The notes below the pieces were generated by a model, which saw only the letters and a program-made list of their open reading frames with translations, was not told where the DNA came from and did no database searches. A DNA stretch of 62,028 nucleotides, the filler included, from Platydemus manokwari (lineage: Eukaryota), in NCBI GenBank assembly GCA_037951405.1. It is 5 parts of 5 records of this genome, joined end to end, with 100 filler letters (N's around TTAATTAATTAA, not from the genome) between each part and the next. Parts side by side here need not be neighbours in the genome. Positions count along the whole stretch, not along the records: positions 10,376 to 19,712 come from JBBMOY011262763.1; positions 19,813 to 30,961 come from JBBMOY010874421.1; 3 more parts are not named here. The stretch is one strand, 5' to 3'. Of this stretch, positions 13,891 to 27,194 are shown piece after piece. Position numbers and translations under genes: made by a program. How positions within the stretch are numbered: position 1 is the first letter of the stretch; each line of letters starts with the position of its first letter.

Positions 13891-16800
13891 CATATATTTT
13901 ATGTTTTTATAATTCAAATTATTTATTATTTTGTGATAAAAATTCGGTTCAGAAAAACAATGGAAACCTCTGAAATTTATTAATTTTATTATTTTGTTTA
14001 TCTAAACTGCCTTGTTAATTTTAGAACAATGTTATTTATTTATAATCATCAAATAAAATAATAAAAAATTCTATTTATTTTTTACTACTATTTTTAATTT
14101 GAAAAATACTGATATTCAATCTAAATAAAAAATTCATAAAATGTGCGGGAGGGGGGGGGTGATTTTAAATTGTCAAATCAATTATAATAGCTCAGTACTG
14201 AAATTGGCAGCTGAAATACTGGTTTATCTCAAATTTTAAAATGTAAGAAACTGAACGATGTATCGTGATATTTATTAATTTTTTCTTTTGCCATTACTAT
14301 TATGTTTTTATCATTGTTATATAATTATTATTTGTCATATTATATCTTTTATTTGAGACCGGCAATCTGTTGCCTTCATGAAATCGTCAATGGGTTAAGC
14401 TGAATACTCAAAATTATAAAAGTAAAATAACGGTTCGTAAATAACGGTAAAATTCAATACAATCGTCAACATTCAAAATCGTAAATCGAAGTTATTCAGA
14501 AAAAACAACAGTTTAAAAGGCCGCATGCCAAATCACAATGAGCCTAGCACCCGAAATATTAAAATAATAACAGAAATGGCCCACTAATAGTCGCCCTGGT
14601 AATTCAGCTCATTTCATAGTCATGTGTGTTATCTTGTTTTATTACAGATTTAATTTAGTTTCTTAGAACCGTACGAAAACCGGTTACCGGACAGATTTTC
14701 TTCTATCACCCATTCTATTGGTGCATCTAGATATTCAATGCCTTTTGTTGTTGTGCATAAATTGACCTTCGAAATCCAACCAGAGATTGATCATATGAAG
14801 GGATATGGTTACCTATTAGAACGTGTGTTTATCGTGTCTCTATGTAGTAACCACCTGAAAATTATGTTGATGGTTTCGATAATCAACCTTCATTTCACAC
14901 TAAATATCCGAAGCCAGTTATTAGATTCAATATATAAAGAAGATTTAGAGAAGATATTAAACAGATAAGAGAAGTAGAGTTTGTTATGCAGATAAATATG
15001 TGAGCATCCAATACAGTGCCAATTAAGAATACAAAAAAATCAAATATTTTAAAGAAAGGGAGATATAAGAATTTTAAATAGGAATTCAATATAAAATTTA
15101 ATTCTGTATAAAATCACATTAATTTGTTTAAATAATGAATTAAATATAATTTGGAGTTTTTATGTGTGTGGTTTTTAAAATAGTGACAGTCTGCACCATG
15201 TGTCTTGTTATTTTTTGATCAAACTATTTTAATAAAAATCATTTTCATAATTATCTTTAATATAAAAACCAATGTAATTATAATTAATTATTTTTCTTCA
15301 ACACTTAAAAACTCAAATCAATAATATTTATTTACTTTATAAATTTAAAACAAGAAAGGTTTTCATAAATAATATAATAATATTTGATATCTTTAAAAAT
15401 ATGTTTATTATTATTTTTAATTTTATTCTGATCGAAATGACAGATTTTAATGATTAAGCCTTCTGTGCTCCCATGGGTGATGCTGCAATATCATCGATAA
15501 AGGGCATTTAAGCAGGGACATTCAAATTTAAACAAAAACCGATAAACTTGATCAATATATCTGCTCAAGCTCTGTAAATAATTGTTTTCATTATTTTCGT
15601 TCGAATAGTTCGTACCTGGTAAATGAAACCAGCTAGAAATGATTAAATATCGCTTATATCTCAATCATTTATTATTGGTTCTCTCAATCACAATAGATGA
15701 GGCAACATTTCGATTATCTCAATCAATATCAGCTGGTATTTCCGGCATTCAATGAAAGATTTTCCAAGATTCGAAAAATCACCAAATTAATAGGAGATAA
15801 TCAATGAGATTATTTTTGAATTTTTCAAATTTACTTCTCTTTTTCCAATTCATTGATAAAGGTTGGAGTGGGAAAGCCGTATATTATCCGCAGAAATTGC
15901 TCTTTCTGTCGATTAATTAATTTTTTAATTCACCATTTGTCTTCACGCGATACTCAATTGATTTGTCACAAGTTTCAATTTTTCATTGCTTTTCTCCAAT
16001 GTCCTAATAGAGCTTTCTTTGGTTTTCTGGTTTTATACGCTCGAACGTTTTACAAGACTTGGTTTTTCATTTTTTAATGGAAATTTGATTAAAATATGAT
16101 AATATATAATTTAAATTATATATTATCATTATTATTATTATCTTGAACATAATATTATTAAATATGATGACATTATCCATAGGAATAATAATATTATTGT
16201 TCAGTTTAATACTACTTAGATTGAAGGCTGTAGTTTAACTTCTGTATGACTTCTTCAAAATGTAGGCTACTTATCAAGTTCACCAAATAAATATAGGCAC
16301 AAATATAATCAAAAAAGGATTTGGCTCACTTCACAAATTTGCAAATTACTTACTAGCAAATTATTTTTGATATGAAAATCTTTAATACGATATCTCTACC
16401 TCTAAAATGCCTTTATGGACGATGACAGCAAGTTTCTACTTGTTATGAAATATATCTTTATACTTAAAACAAGAGTTACTCTTTTTACGACAGGTTCTAG
16501 CAACTTCGAAAATTATGTTATCTTCTGGAAATGGCAAAGACCACCGCATTGAGGAAATTTATTGAATAAATTTTTTATAGACTTACAGTGTATATATTTA
16601 TTTTAATTTGTATTTCTTTTCTTTTCGGATGACATCAAACTTATCAATAATATTATTATTATCATTATTAATTGTGAAGAAAATGAAAAATTAAATGTAT
16701 GATGGAACAAGTTTTAAATAATTTTTAGAGATTATTTGAATATCTATTATAGAATCATTTTAGCACTTTGGTATCTAATTATCTTAATATTTATGTATAT

Positions 16801-17436
16801 TATTTAAACTTCTGTTGGAAATATTTTAATTTGGTTTTAAAATGTTTTAAGAAATGCAATGCAAATAAATTCGAAACATCGGGTAAATTAAGAAAAAGCG
16901 TCTTTAAACCAAATTTCAATGTAATGATTTTTCGTGTATAATTTAATTTCAAAATTTATTTCTTATGATTTTTTTAATCATGTTTTGACTTGGAATTCAA
17001 TTTTAAATAAAAAAAGAATAAAATAGTGAAACTCTATCAGATAAAAACTATCATAATTTAATTTCATATTCAATTTTTAAATATAAAGTAATATTTTGAT
17101 TTTTATTTAACTTACTGTGTTTTCCTCTAGGATTGTCACACCTCCACAGTGAAATTAGAATAGGGAGGCATCAAGAAATTATAAAATTTTATACTGTATT
17201 AATAAATAGTTACACCGATGAGAGTCAAGATCAGATAGTGATACAATGTTAGATATTAATTATTCATGACGTTATTGACTTTTTAAGCGATATGAATACG
17301 CTTAAAACTCATTCCAACTCTAATTACTTCGGAGATGCCGAATTTTTCAACGATTAGACCAATGGTCATTTTATTTTTTAACATTCTTATCTTTTATTTA
17401 GTTTAAAAGATTCATTCTTTTATAACAAAGTAATTC

Positions 17437-17810
17437 TTGCAGAAAATATCAATTGTTTTAACCAAGATCACGGTAATTAATTACAAATACTGGAATTATC
17501 CATATATTACGAGATTTCACTTATCAACTACCGAATTTGGTGATCATTTTAACCTTTGCGTCTCATCATACCAATTTATCATAAAATCCTATCATTTAAA
17601 TTCATTCCACTTGAAATTTATGTCGGAGTCAAAAATATTTATTTCAAATATCAATCACATACCATCAGAATCCCTCCCACTAAATCAACATTTGTTCCAT
17701 TGGCGAATTTAACAAGAATATCGTCACCTTGGAAAATTACCTGGTCTACAGTTTGATTAACTGTATCATAGATTTTTCGATTGTTTAACAATGTTCCTAC
17801 AATCATATTT
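17437..17810 (-). pseudogene. Possible decayed Cys-loop ligand-gated ion channel N-terminal exons
   Basis: LLNNRKIYD...VKFANGTNVDLVGGILM followed by a GTATGT donor, then INWYDETQRLK*SP...NLVI...YL*LITVILVK, resembling WxDxRLxW...IWxPDIxL. Confidence 0.25.
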
Positions 17811-19712
17811 TATTCATATAATTAAAGATAATATTAATAATCATATATTTATCTATATAATATGAAGTTATACAAATTTTTCTTCTATGAGAACATTAAT
17901 TCCTGTATAATTAATGAATGGAATTAGTTTTTTACCGATATCCATTGTACCAAAATTATGTATTAACATGATTTGAAATATATATGTTATCAATATTTCA
18001 AGGGAGTCATTCATCAAAGTCAGACTTTGATCACACATCTCATGATAAGTAAACCATTACAATTACAAAATGAGTCATTTATTTTATTAGATTTAATCGG
18101 AATTATGAGTTATATTAGAAAAATATGTTGATAAGAATTATATGAAGATATTGCGTCAGTAGTTACAAGACAATTATCTATATTTACTGTGGTATGTTGC
18201 GTTATTAATATCAATGGTGTATATTTGATAAAATACTCAATAGATTTTATTTGAATTTCTTAAAATATATATACACAAATATATACATATATGTATACAT
18301 ATAATAATATAGACTATGATTTCTTCATGTATGTTAAAGACCAAAATTTCACCATAAATTAAGAAAAGGAGTTCTTTGACTTACTTTGGTAATAATTAAT
18401 TTTCGCGCATGAGATAATTTTATAACTTAATTTTATATATAAAATGTTGGATTTATTCGTATAATTCAGTTAATATCTCACTTTTTAGGATGTACAATGT
18501 GTGTAAAACATATTTTTCAAACCAAGTTTCCATTCTAGTCACAACACTTCTATATGCTCATTTGAGTTTTTAAATTTAAACTTTTTAAATTATAAATCGA
18601 TTTAGTTAACTACGGACATGTTTAATAATATTATTGCTTATTTTTATAAAATAATTGTAAAAATTCAGAATATCTCTCAATTTGCTTCTAATTTAATAAA
18701 GGAGCCCTCGCTAATTTTCAAGAAATTGCAATTCGACAAACTTCTATCCATTTTCCAAATAATCAAATTTTAGGAGAATTTTAAGCTCTAATGTATTTAA
18801 TATTTGATTCCAAACAACTAACATTCTTCTTAAGTACTTAAATAAAAAATTCATAATGTTTATACAGAATATAATTAAATAAACTATATAGATTTTAGCA
18901 ATACGCTCAACAAATTTAAAATTTCATTTAAGGACTCCTTTTCTTAATTTCAGCCAAATTTAGTAATACTTTATGAAATTCTATTTTAAGAATTTTTGAA
19001 ATTTAAACTTTAAATCAAACAAACAAAATTACGAAATAAAATCAACATAAAGATAAATCATTATCAAAAAGATTTTGTACTGTTGAATTTCAAAGTCATT
19101 TGTACACTGATTGATGTTTATTAATTGTACCTTCATCTTGTAACTATTTTGAAATTTGTTACAATTTTGACTTGTTTTCATTTTCAAAAAAGATTTGATA
19201 AATTTATTAAAAGCATAAGTTATTAAAATTATTAACGAAACGACTAAATTCTTTCATTTCTACGAGTCGATAATTCGAACTAATCTCTATTTTAATAATT
19301 TGGGTAGAAATATCGATAAAATTGAAAATAAAATTTTAATTCTTTTAATATATTATAATGAATTCGATTATTGTTAATGCTGTTCACAATGACTGTTATA
19401 TTGATTATTATCAAAGTATTTCCGAAAATTCACTTACCCAGTCTCTCATATGCTAAAAATTCATTGAGGAAAGTTTTTATTCCAATCAATTCTGCAATTT
19501 TTCTGCAATCTGAGAAGTAAACTCCCATCGATAATGACAACGGCCAAAATAAATAGGAACATATTAACTGAAAATAAATACAAAAATAATTTCAAATATA
19601 AGAGTGTTATATAAAATACTTAGTTTTAAGCCTTTTAAAATTTCTATTAAAGTTTAATATGAACTACAAAAGATTCTTACTGGCATAAAATAGAATGGGT
19701 TATTTAAAAATA

Positions 19713-19812
19713 NNNNNNNNNNNNNNNNNNNNNNNNNNNNNNNNNNNNNNNNNNNNTTAATTAATTAANNNNNNNNNNNNNNNNNNNNNNNNNNNNNNNN
19801 NNNNNNNNNNNN
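19713..19812. other. Artificial contig spacer
   Basis: Same 44N-TTAATTAATTAA-44N pattern. Confidence 0.98.
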
Positions 19813-22129
19813 TATTGAAAAATCTACAATCAACCGCCAATCAATTATTTAAACAAACACCACGTGTTTATTTATTTAATCACGTTACTGATAATAAAAT
19901 AAAATTCAATTGAACAAAGCAAAATAAGACAAAATAAAATATATTAATCAACAATAATCTGAACACAATAGATTTTAAAACACTCAAGACAGTAAAGAGC
20001 GTACCGCTTATGTGCTCGGGTAAGCTTCTCGTGACAAAAAGTTGAAAGTGAAAAAAAAAACAGTGAAAAAATACACTTGTCGAATGCATCATAAAATAAA
20101 ATTCTTCAGATATGGAAGATAAAAATTTTCATACAACAAATTATAAGTTTCTTCAAATTCTGCGGCTTTAAATGGTCATACAATAGCTTGAAATATTCAT
20201 ACAATTTGTAGCTGTAATGAGTTGAAGTGCAAGTGCTGTCTGTTTATGCCAGTATATATACTATTTTATGTCTTATGTGAATCATGCATCTTGTTGCTAT
20301 TTTTGGTAACATTCTATGCTTAGTAGCATATGTTGCTAAATTTAACATATATACAGCATAGATTACTATTTTTAGTCCAAGTACCTATTTATAGCAACTC
20401 GTGTTGTTATTTATATTTTCTGTTCATTGTGGTTTCTATATTTAGATTTTGATGCGGATTTTTCTAATGACCTTATTTCGATTAGTTTTTATGCTATAAA
20501 ACAAATTTAAAAATTTTATGAATATTTGTAATTTCTGGCATTATAATTTGAAAATTTTTTTTATATCTATTTATTTTTATTTTTTAGTTAATTTGGTTGG
20601 CTCAAAATAGCCATGTTAGTTCCCCATAGATGTTACGAACAGTACCATTAATTATTATTACCCAGAAGAATCTTTAGATTGCAAGAATAGTGAGTAACTT
20701 ATTATTTACTGTTATTATTTAATTGCACTATTTAATGTAATTATTTAATTAATTTAATTTTAATTAATAATTGTAATAATGATAAATTTCCAATATCCGT
20801 CTAGTACATATTTTGTTGTTATCTGCTTACGAAATAAACAACGCACTTTACAAAAAACCTTTTCTTGTTTCAAGAATTGTCTGAGTTCGTTTTTCTCAAA
20901 TAAACATTCGTTGTTTCACTCCTTAGTTTTGATACTAGTAACACAACAGCAGTAGTAATATAATAACTGAGAGCAATTAATATCTCGATTTGTTTTAGTA
21001 ATCTAACGTCTTAATTATCAAGGCTTCCATTTAATCATGACCTATTTATGTAAAATAATTGTCTTTAAATTATCATTTATAGCCAGATCAGTGTTATGGC
21101 CTGGTATTCATTTACTTGAATCTAATTTGTTGTTTTTAAAGTGAAAAAGATTTCAGAAAAATTGAATATGATTCTATATATTGCCAAAATATTACAAAGA
21201 AAACGATTAAAATACAAAAGATATATTTCATTAGTTTAACATTTACAAAATTGCAAGACCAGTCATTTCATTTTGGATCTTATCGTGCATTTTAAAAGAC
21301 TAAAGGTTGATAAAAAGCCTCTATATGTGCGTGTGTGTGAAAAAAAATCTTAAATAATTAAATTATCAGAATTAATATTAATTAATATTAATAAAAATAT
21401 TAAATAAAAATAATTTATGTTAAGATTTGGACTTTAATACATCTTATATTATGCGACACTACACACGAATAATTGAGGATAGATTTTTCTAATGCTAAAG
21501 ACAACCAACTGAAATATATTAACAACCTGGGTTTAATTTACAACCAATAATGATACCAGTAATAGCTTGGTTAACTGTAAAAAAGCAAGGTTTAAACAAA
21601 AAATATTTCATAAATAAGAAAGGGATACAATGGACAACAAAAACAATACAGTTTCAAATTTCATAAATCAGGTGTTTAGATAACAACTGAATTACAACGA
21701 TTGACTAGCATGAACGAATTTGTCAATGAATGCCGCTTGGTTTACGGCTAGTAAATAACACCAAATACTTTGATGAATTCTAAATACTGACACTTGGCGT
21801 CAATGTGAGGAAATGATAGATAATGGTACTCTAACAATTCGCTTGTATGTATAGAAAAACCTTCAAACGAGTTTCTTTTGAAAATTTGCAGATTCCTGTT
21901 GTGTTATGGATAGTATTTAAAGATAAAGGCACACTACTTTTATACTTTGTTTAACATGAATAGATGAAAGTTCATTTAATTTAATTTTTGTTTTATGTGC
22001 AGGCTTAACTTTGTTCGAGTAACGCAAACCCGTTACATTTATTTAAATAATTAATTCGCAGGAAAGCTCATTTTTTAAAAATAAATATTGTGAGTGTAAA
22101 TACCAATGACTTCACTGGCGACTGTACCA

Positions 22130-23850
22130 TTCAACTAAATGCAATAACAAGAAATCTACAGAAGAAGCAACCACTGAAGAACTTGTAGAAACAAAAATTC
22201 GATGGAAGAAATGCAAATGAGGCCGCAAAGTGGATAAGAGATACAAAGAAGTGGCTATTGAATAATAGAATAAATCTTGTTAGCGCATTTGATTTACTAC
22301 TTTCAAATGAGGCAGGTATTCTGTATAAAAATTTCAAATCGGTTGACATCATGTAAGAGTCGGTCAAATCGTGATTCGAGGAAAACATTCACACTAAAAA
22401 ATCTAAGATGGGTATGATTGTCGAACTTTCAAGTTTTCAACAATAGGAAAGCGAATGGTTTGCCACTTTCGAGATAAGGGTCCACAATTTCGGATTGAAG
22501 CTGAATTCCATTGTAAAAGACATCATCATCAAGAGACAGCGATTGAATGCGTTAAAAAACGCTCTTGCTCTAAAACCAAACATGGATATAATGGAAGTTA
22601 GGAGTGTTGCAAAAGTCTTCGATAATTTGGAACAAAGTATGCAATGAAATTCCCAGGAAGTCAATACAATCCTTAGAGATAGCTATGCTCAAGCTCTAAA
22701 AATTGAAAGAGGCAACCAATGGTATAACCCGTTAAAAATGAGTCAAGAAATTATAAACCATCTCACACTATCAGAACTCGGAACCCCAAGCCAATAGCTT
22801 CAGAACAGAAGTTCAACTCAGGTAGACATATATCAGAGTACTCGATGAAATGCATGGCCAATATTGTACAATAAGTATCGAGGCATTCCAGATTTAAAAG
22901 AAGAACACTTACGCGCAGACAATTGATTCTGTTGTGAAGAAAGCAGACACTACAGAAACCAGTGCCCTTGAGTCATAAATGTATATTATTTTGGCACGAA
23001 GGCCATCATTTCAGATCAAGGACCAGGCACAGAGTAGAAGATAGAATTTTATGTATTCAAGATGAGGTCAAGGAGCAATTTGATCTAATCGAAGACCCTG
23101 TGATGCACGAAGTAGAAGACCTAATAATCACAACAACTCCGTTTCATATACTTTGTCGGTGGGATTGAATCAATAGATAACAAGAAAATTCGAAATGAAA
23201 CCGAATATAAAGAGATATTTAAGAAGGACACCGCCATCGTTTGAAGTAACATGTTGGTCAACGCATCTGAAGTAGAGATGTTGTGAGATTCCGAGGCGTC
23301 TATCACAGTGGGAGTCAGACGTCTAACATTGCGTGATAGCTTGATTACGCTTAGTGGAGTGTTTTCAACAGGTGACTCTGGGTTGTGTAAAAGTGATTGC
23401 CGAGAGGAAAAATAAGGAAATTAGCTATGACTTAATCGGAGATATCGACACGATGAATGCATTCTGGATTCAGATGAAAGAGGTGGCCACAATCGATTCG
23501 TCACAGTGTAGCAACAAATCTATATATGAGGAAAGATAAAAAACGCACTGGAAATGATCAAGGCTTGGAGCACTGGTAGAATTGGAAGGCTCATTAAGAA
23601 ATGCGGAAAAATATTCATAGCTTTGAAATTGGATCTGTGCAGAACCAACTTTGTTGTTCAAGATATTATAACTACCTGAAATCCTATTTCGTAGAATCCC
23701 AAATGACAGCTTATAAACTTAGAAGAAAAAATTGGATATGCGATAAAAAACTTGCTCAAAAAAGGAGTAATTAGACCATTAAAAAAGGACAGATCCATCA
23801 GAATGTGTGTGGATTATCAAAGACTCAATGGAACGACAAAAAAATTTAGC
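22130..23850 (+). mobile_element. Degenerate Ty3/gypsy retrotransposon (gag, zinc knuckles, protease, truncated RT)
   Basis: KFDGRNANEAAKWI (gag); two degenerate CCHC knuckles (FCCEESRHYRNQCP; KCILFWHEGHH); L*DSEASIT (protease DSGA); IKNLLKKGVIRP and KKDRSIRMCVDYQRLN (RT start). Confidence 0.85.
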
Positions 23851-25214
23851 AGCTTTCAGCACAAGGATCGATTAAAGTTCATCAGAAAACAATAGTTGTT
23901 AATTAAAAATATAATTATTAAAATAAAATCCCAGGTTATTTGTCATTCAGTAATCATTATTTGATATTGATTTAATGTTTTCTAATTAATATGTATTATT
24001 TGTTATTCTTAGATAACTGTACATCATATAATTTTATAATTATATTATTATATTTGGATTTATTTTGATTTATTTATATTAAAATTATCACTGTTTCTAT
24101 TACGGCACTTTTGGAGTCAGGCGCAATATAAATATGTATTAATAGTTTATTTTATAAGATCCAAAATCTTTCTGAGCATATAAAATATAAACAACTAGTA
24201 AAACTTAAACAGAACGTTAGACAATTTCTAATACTTGATTTTACTGCTGAGTTATTTTCGCAATGTTGATGAGGATTGACAATAATAAATTAATTTGAGT
24301 TTGGAGACCACTGATTGGATCTATGGGATGATGATATATAATTACGTATTTGTTAGAGAATTTTTTGATGGATAAAGCCATTGGATTTATAAGAGTAACT
24401 TAGTAGGGGATATTTAATTTGTTTGATGATTATCAGTTTGATTGATGTAGATATTCTGAATAGATATATTGTATTTGATTATTGCTATGTTTGATTGGTT
24501 TCGATATTAGACGGGAGTGTTCTTTAACAAAAATGTACTTTTTAAAATAATTTCGCTGTAAAATTTACTATTTTGATCTTTAAAATTTTGATCGATAGTA
24601 ATTCCTTTTATGTAGCGCTCCTAATTCACCAGTTAGGTTTATTTCATAAATTTCTAGAGATTATCAAATGTATTAAATTTCTCGTGATGATCTTATTAAT
24701 ATGAATTTAATTTTTAACTCTAAGGATCCAATCATTATGTAATTTAATTTCAAAAAGAATTGTATATGGTATTATTTTTATAAAATTTTTATATTTACTA
24801 ATAACTTATACATAATTATTTGCATCCACACAAGAATCAGATGAAGTTTTTATCACAATTCAGTTTCTTATCAAAACATTATAAGATGGTGATGGTCTGA
24901 AATTGAATCCACGTTTTGTTTTATATCTTTTAAAATTTATAATTATTTGTCAAATCTTATTACTAATTATTACTTGGCTAATATAGAAATCTAATTCGAA
25001 TGGGTAAAGACATTTTTATATAGTTTTTTGTAGAATTTATTACAATATGCATGCGTGATTCAATATTAACATTAAACCTATAAATTTACCACATAAGAAT
25101 TACTTCAAATATGGTTTTATATTATATGCAATAGCAGTATATCGCCTTAGTTTTGTTTTAATATATAAATAACTGTCATGATTAGTTTCTTATAATTTGT
25201 TAATATTATAAACT

Positions 25215-26846
25215 ATGGATGTTATTATTGAAGATAATCTTCTGTATAGATTCAAGAAAAAAGTTATATTAATTATTAAAGTAATTTTATTTTATTAGTT
25301 TTGTTACAGTGGGTTAATAGATTTTGTAAACTTGTCAAAACAAACAACTTCTCAGGTGTATATAATATAATAATATTATAATTGTATATATTGTTAATAT
25401 TTTCAATATAATCAGATTCTGTTAAGCTACTAGTTTTTACATATGATGAGAGTAAAAGTAAAAGACTATATCAGATTGGGAAAAGATCGTATCAAATAGT
25501 AAGCAAGCTTGTCGTATATGGGCATCTGCATGGTATTCATATGCATAATGAAGCGCATGTCATGTTTCTTGTCTGTAAGAATACAGTGGAATGCTTAGCT
25601 TTTAAAGATTTTAACATAATGAAAATATGGAGTGATCATCTTGTAAAGCATTTAAATGGTATATATGATGGAAATAGTTAATGAATTAACTTTCATTAAT
25701 TCAGATATTAGTCAACCTGTAACTCTGATTTATGCTGACAAAAATAGTCAATTGAAACCAAAATTGGATGGGCGATTATTTTTCAATTGTTCGCACATCA
25801 GTTTCATTAGAGATCCAAGTTGTTCGGAACCGAAATTGTTGATGTCATGGAAAATTGCCGTACGTTATTAATGATATCCAAAAAATTAATATACATCATA
25901 ATTAATTTATAATTAAATATGAATAATTAAAATTTAATTCAGAAAAAAATTGATCACATTTCACGATTATTTGATTTGTTTATACTACAAATTTTCTAAC
26001 GATACGACTATTTGAATTTGATAATATTCAAAAGGTCTTTGCGATCGAATTGTCGATTATGATTATCGTATTTTCTGGTACGCAAACTCCATTTGAGGCT
26101 AAAATTAAAATTATAAAGCTTAAACGATGACAATTGCATGGTGAAGCTCTTTTATTAAGTATTTATTCAAAGTAAAACATGGGCCAATCGTATGACGAAC
26201 AGATGATTTATTAGAAATAAATAGCTAGCGGTAATTATCTATGTTTTGGCAACCACAGGTTCAATTCAATCTACATGAAATATGTGCCCATATTTTTATT
26301 AAATATTGAAAATTATTATTATTATTTATATATTAATGTATAAAATTCGTATATTATGATATACATTATTTATATTTTCAATAAAATCAAATACTTTAGC
26401 CACTACTTTACGAGTATTGACGAGATTCGAATTTGTAGGACATTGTCGAATATGGATGCAGTAAGGAAATAAAAAAGAATTCCTCGAAAAGCAAATTGAA
26501 AAATGGATCAATCGATCTATCACAAAATATATTCTTCATCAAAGCATCCTCGTTTTGTTATCGAGCACCAAACAATCATATATTTAGTTGTCATACACCA
26601 AAACAGTTCTGTGATCGGTTGGGTAGTAATCAAGACAGTTTCCATTCACCAAATGAATACGATCTAGTGATGCAAAGATCAAGAATAGATTCATTCAGTA
26701 CAAATCGTACGTATTTAAAAAACAATTTCTATTCTGAACTCAGTCTCGAGTCGCCTTCGAGTGGAACAAATAAGTTCTTTCCTGAAGCGAATCAGGCGAG
26801 GTTGTTTTATATTTCCAATGATTTCAAATCAACCTATGAATTATAA
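25215..26846 (+). CDS. DOK7-like: DOK7-like PH + IRS-type PTB adaptor, 299 aa; exons 25215-25262, 25310-25355, 25416-25658, 25705-25859, 26439-26846
   Basis: All introns are GT-AG with compatible phases; 900 nt spliced with no internal stop. MDVIIEDNLLYRFKKK|WVNRFCKLVKTNNFS|DSVKLLVF...HVMFLVCKNTVECLAFKDFNIMKIWSDHL...SWKIA|DIVEYG...FFIKASSFC aligns by eye with Dok-7 (KK|WKSRWLVLRKPSPVA|DCLL...HTLAIVC...LGFDSHEAMCAW...QWKLSDLRRYG). Confidence 0.85.
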
Positions 26847-27037
26847 TAGTTATGATTATATCAATAACATTAATATTATTATGGGTTAATTATTATCTTA
26901 TCAAATGCTTGGGTATTTTCCACATATTTAAATGATCTGGAGATTTGCTGCCCTGGTTCTTCCTACTCTTATATATACGAGCTCGACCTTACCATAAATC
27001 GTTCATTAGTGGGTTTAAACTTAGGGCCATTTTACTA

Positions 27038-27194
27038 ACCTCTCACTTGACTTTCACCTCTTACTTGGCTATCACCTCTCACTTGGCTATCACCTCTCAC
27101 TTGACTTTCACCTCTTACTTGGCTATCACCTCTCACTTGGCTATCACCTCTCACTTGGCTATCACCTCTCACTTGGCTATCACCTCTCACTTGA
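27038..27194. repeat. 18-bp minisatellite (ACCTCTCACTTGGCTATC), about 8.7 copies
   Basis: Directly visible; variants ordered A-B-C-A-B-C-C-C-partial. Confidence 0.95.

Noticed and set aside
16390-16480. LKCLYGR*QQVSTCYE, resembling copia RT KSLYGLKQA
   Set aside because: Too short and degenerate, with no supporting motifs.
17131-17175. GLSHLHSEIRIG, resembling a TGF-beta receptor kinase segment after an AG acceptor
   Set aside because: Only ~12 residues and no following HRD motif; could be chance.
24298-24313. AGTTTGGAGACCACTG, a Charlie-like TIR
   Set aside because: No partner TIR or TSD found on this contig.
27038-27194. CRISPR array, or the 114-aa TSHLAI-repeat ORF at 26945-27289 as a protein
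   Set aside because: No unique spacers and a eukaryotic context; the ORF is open simply because the 18-bp unit lacks stops.
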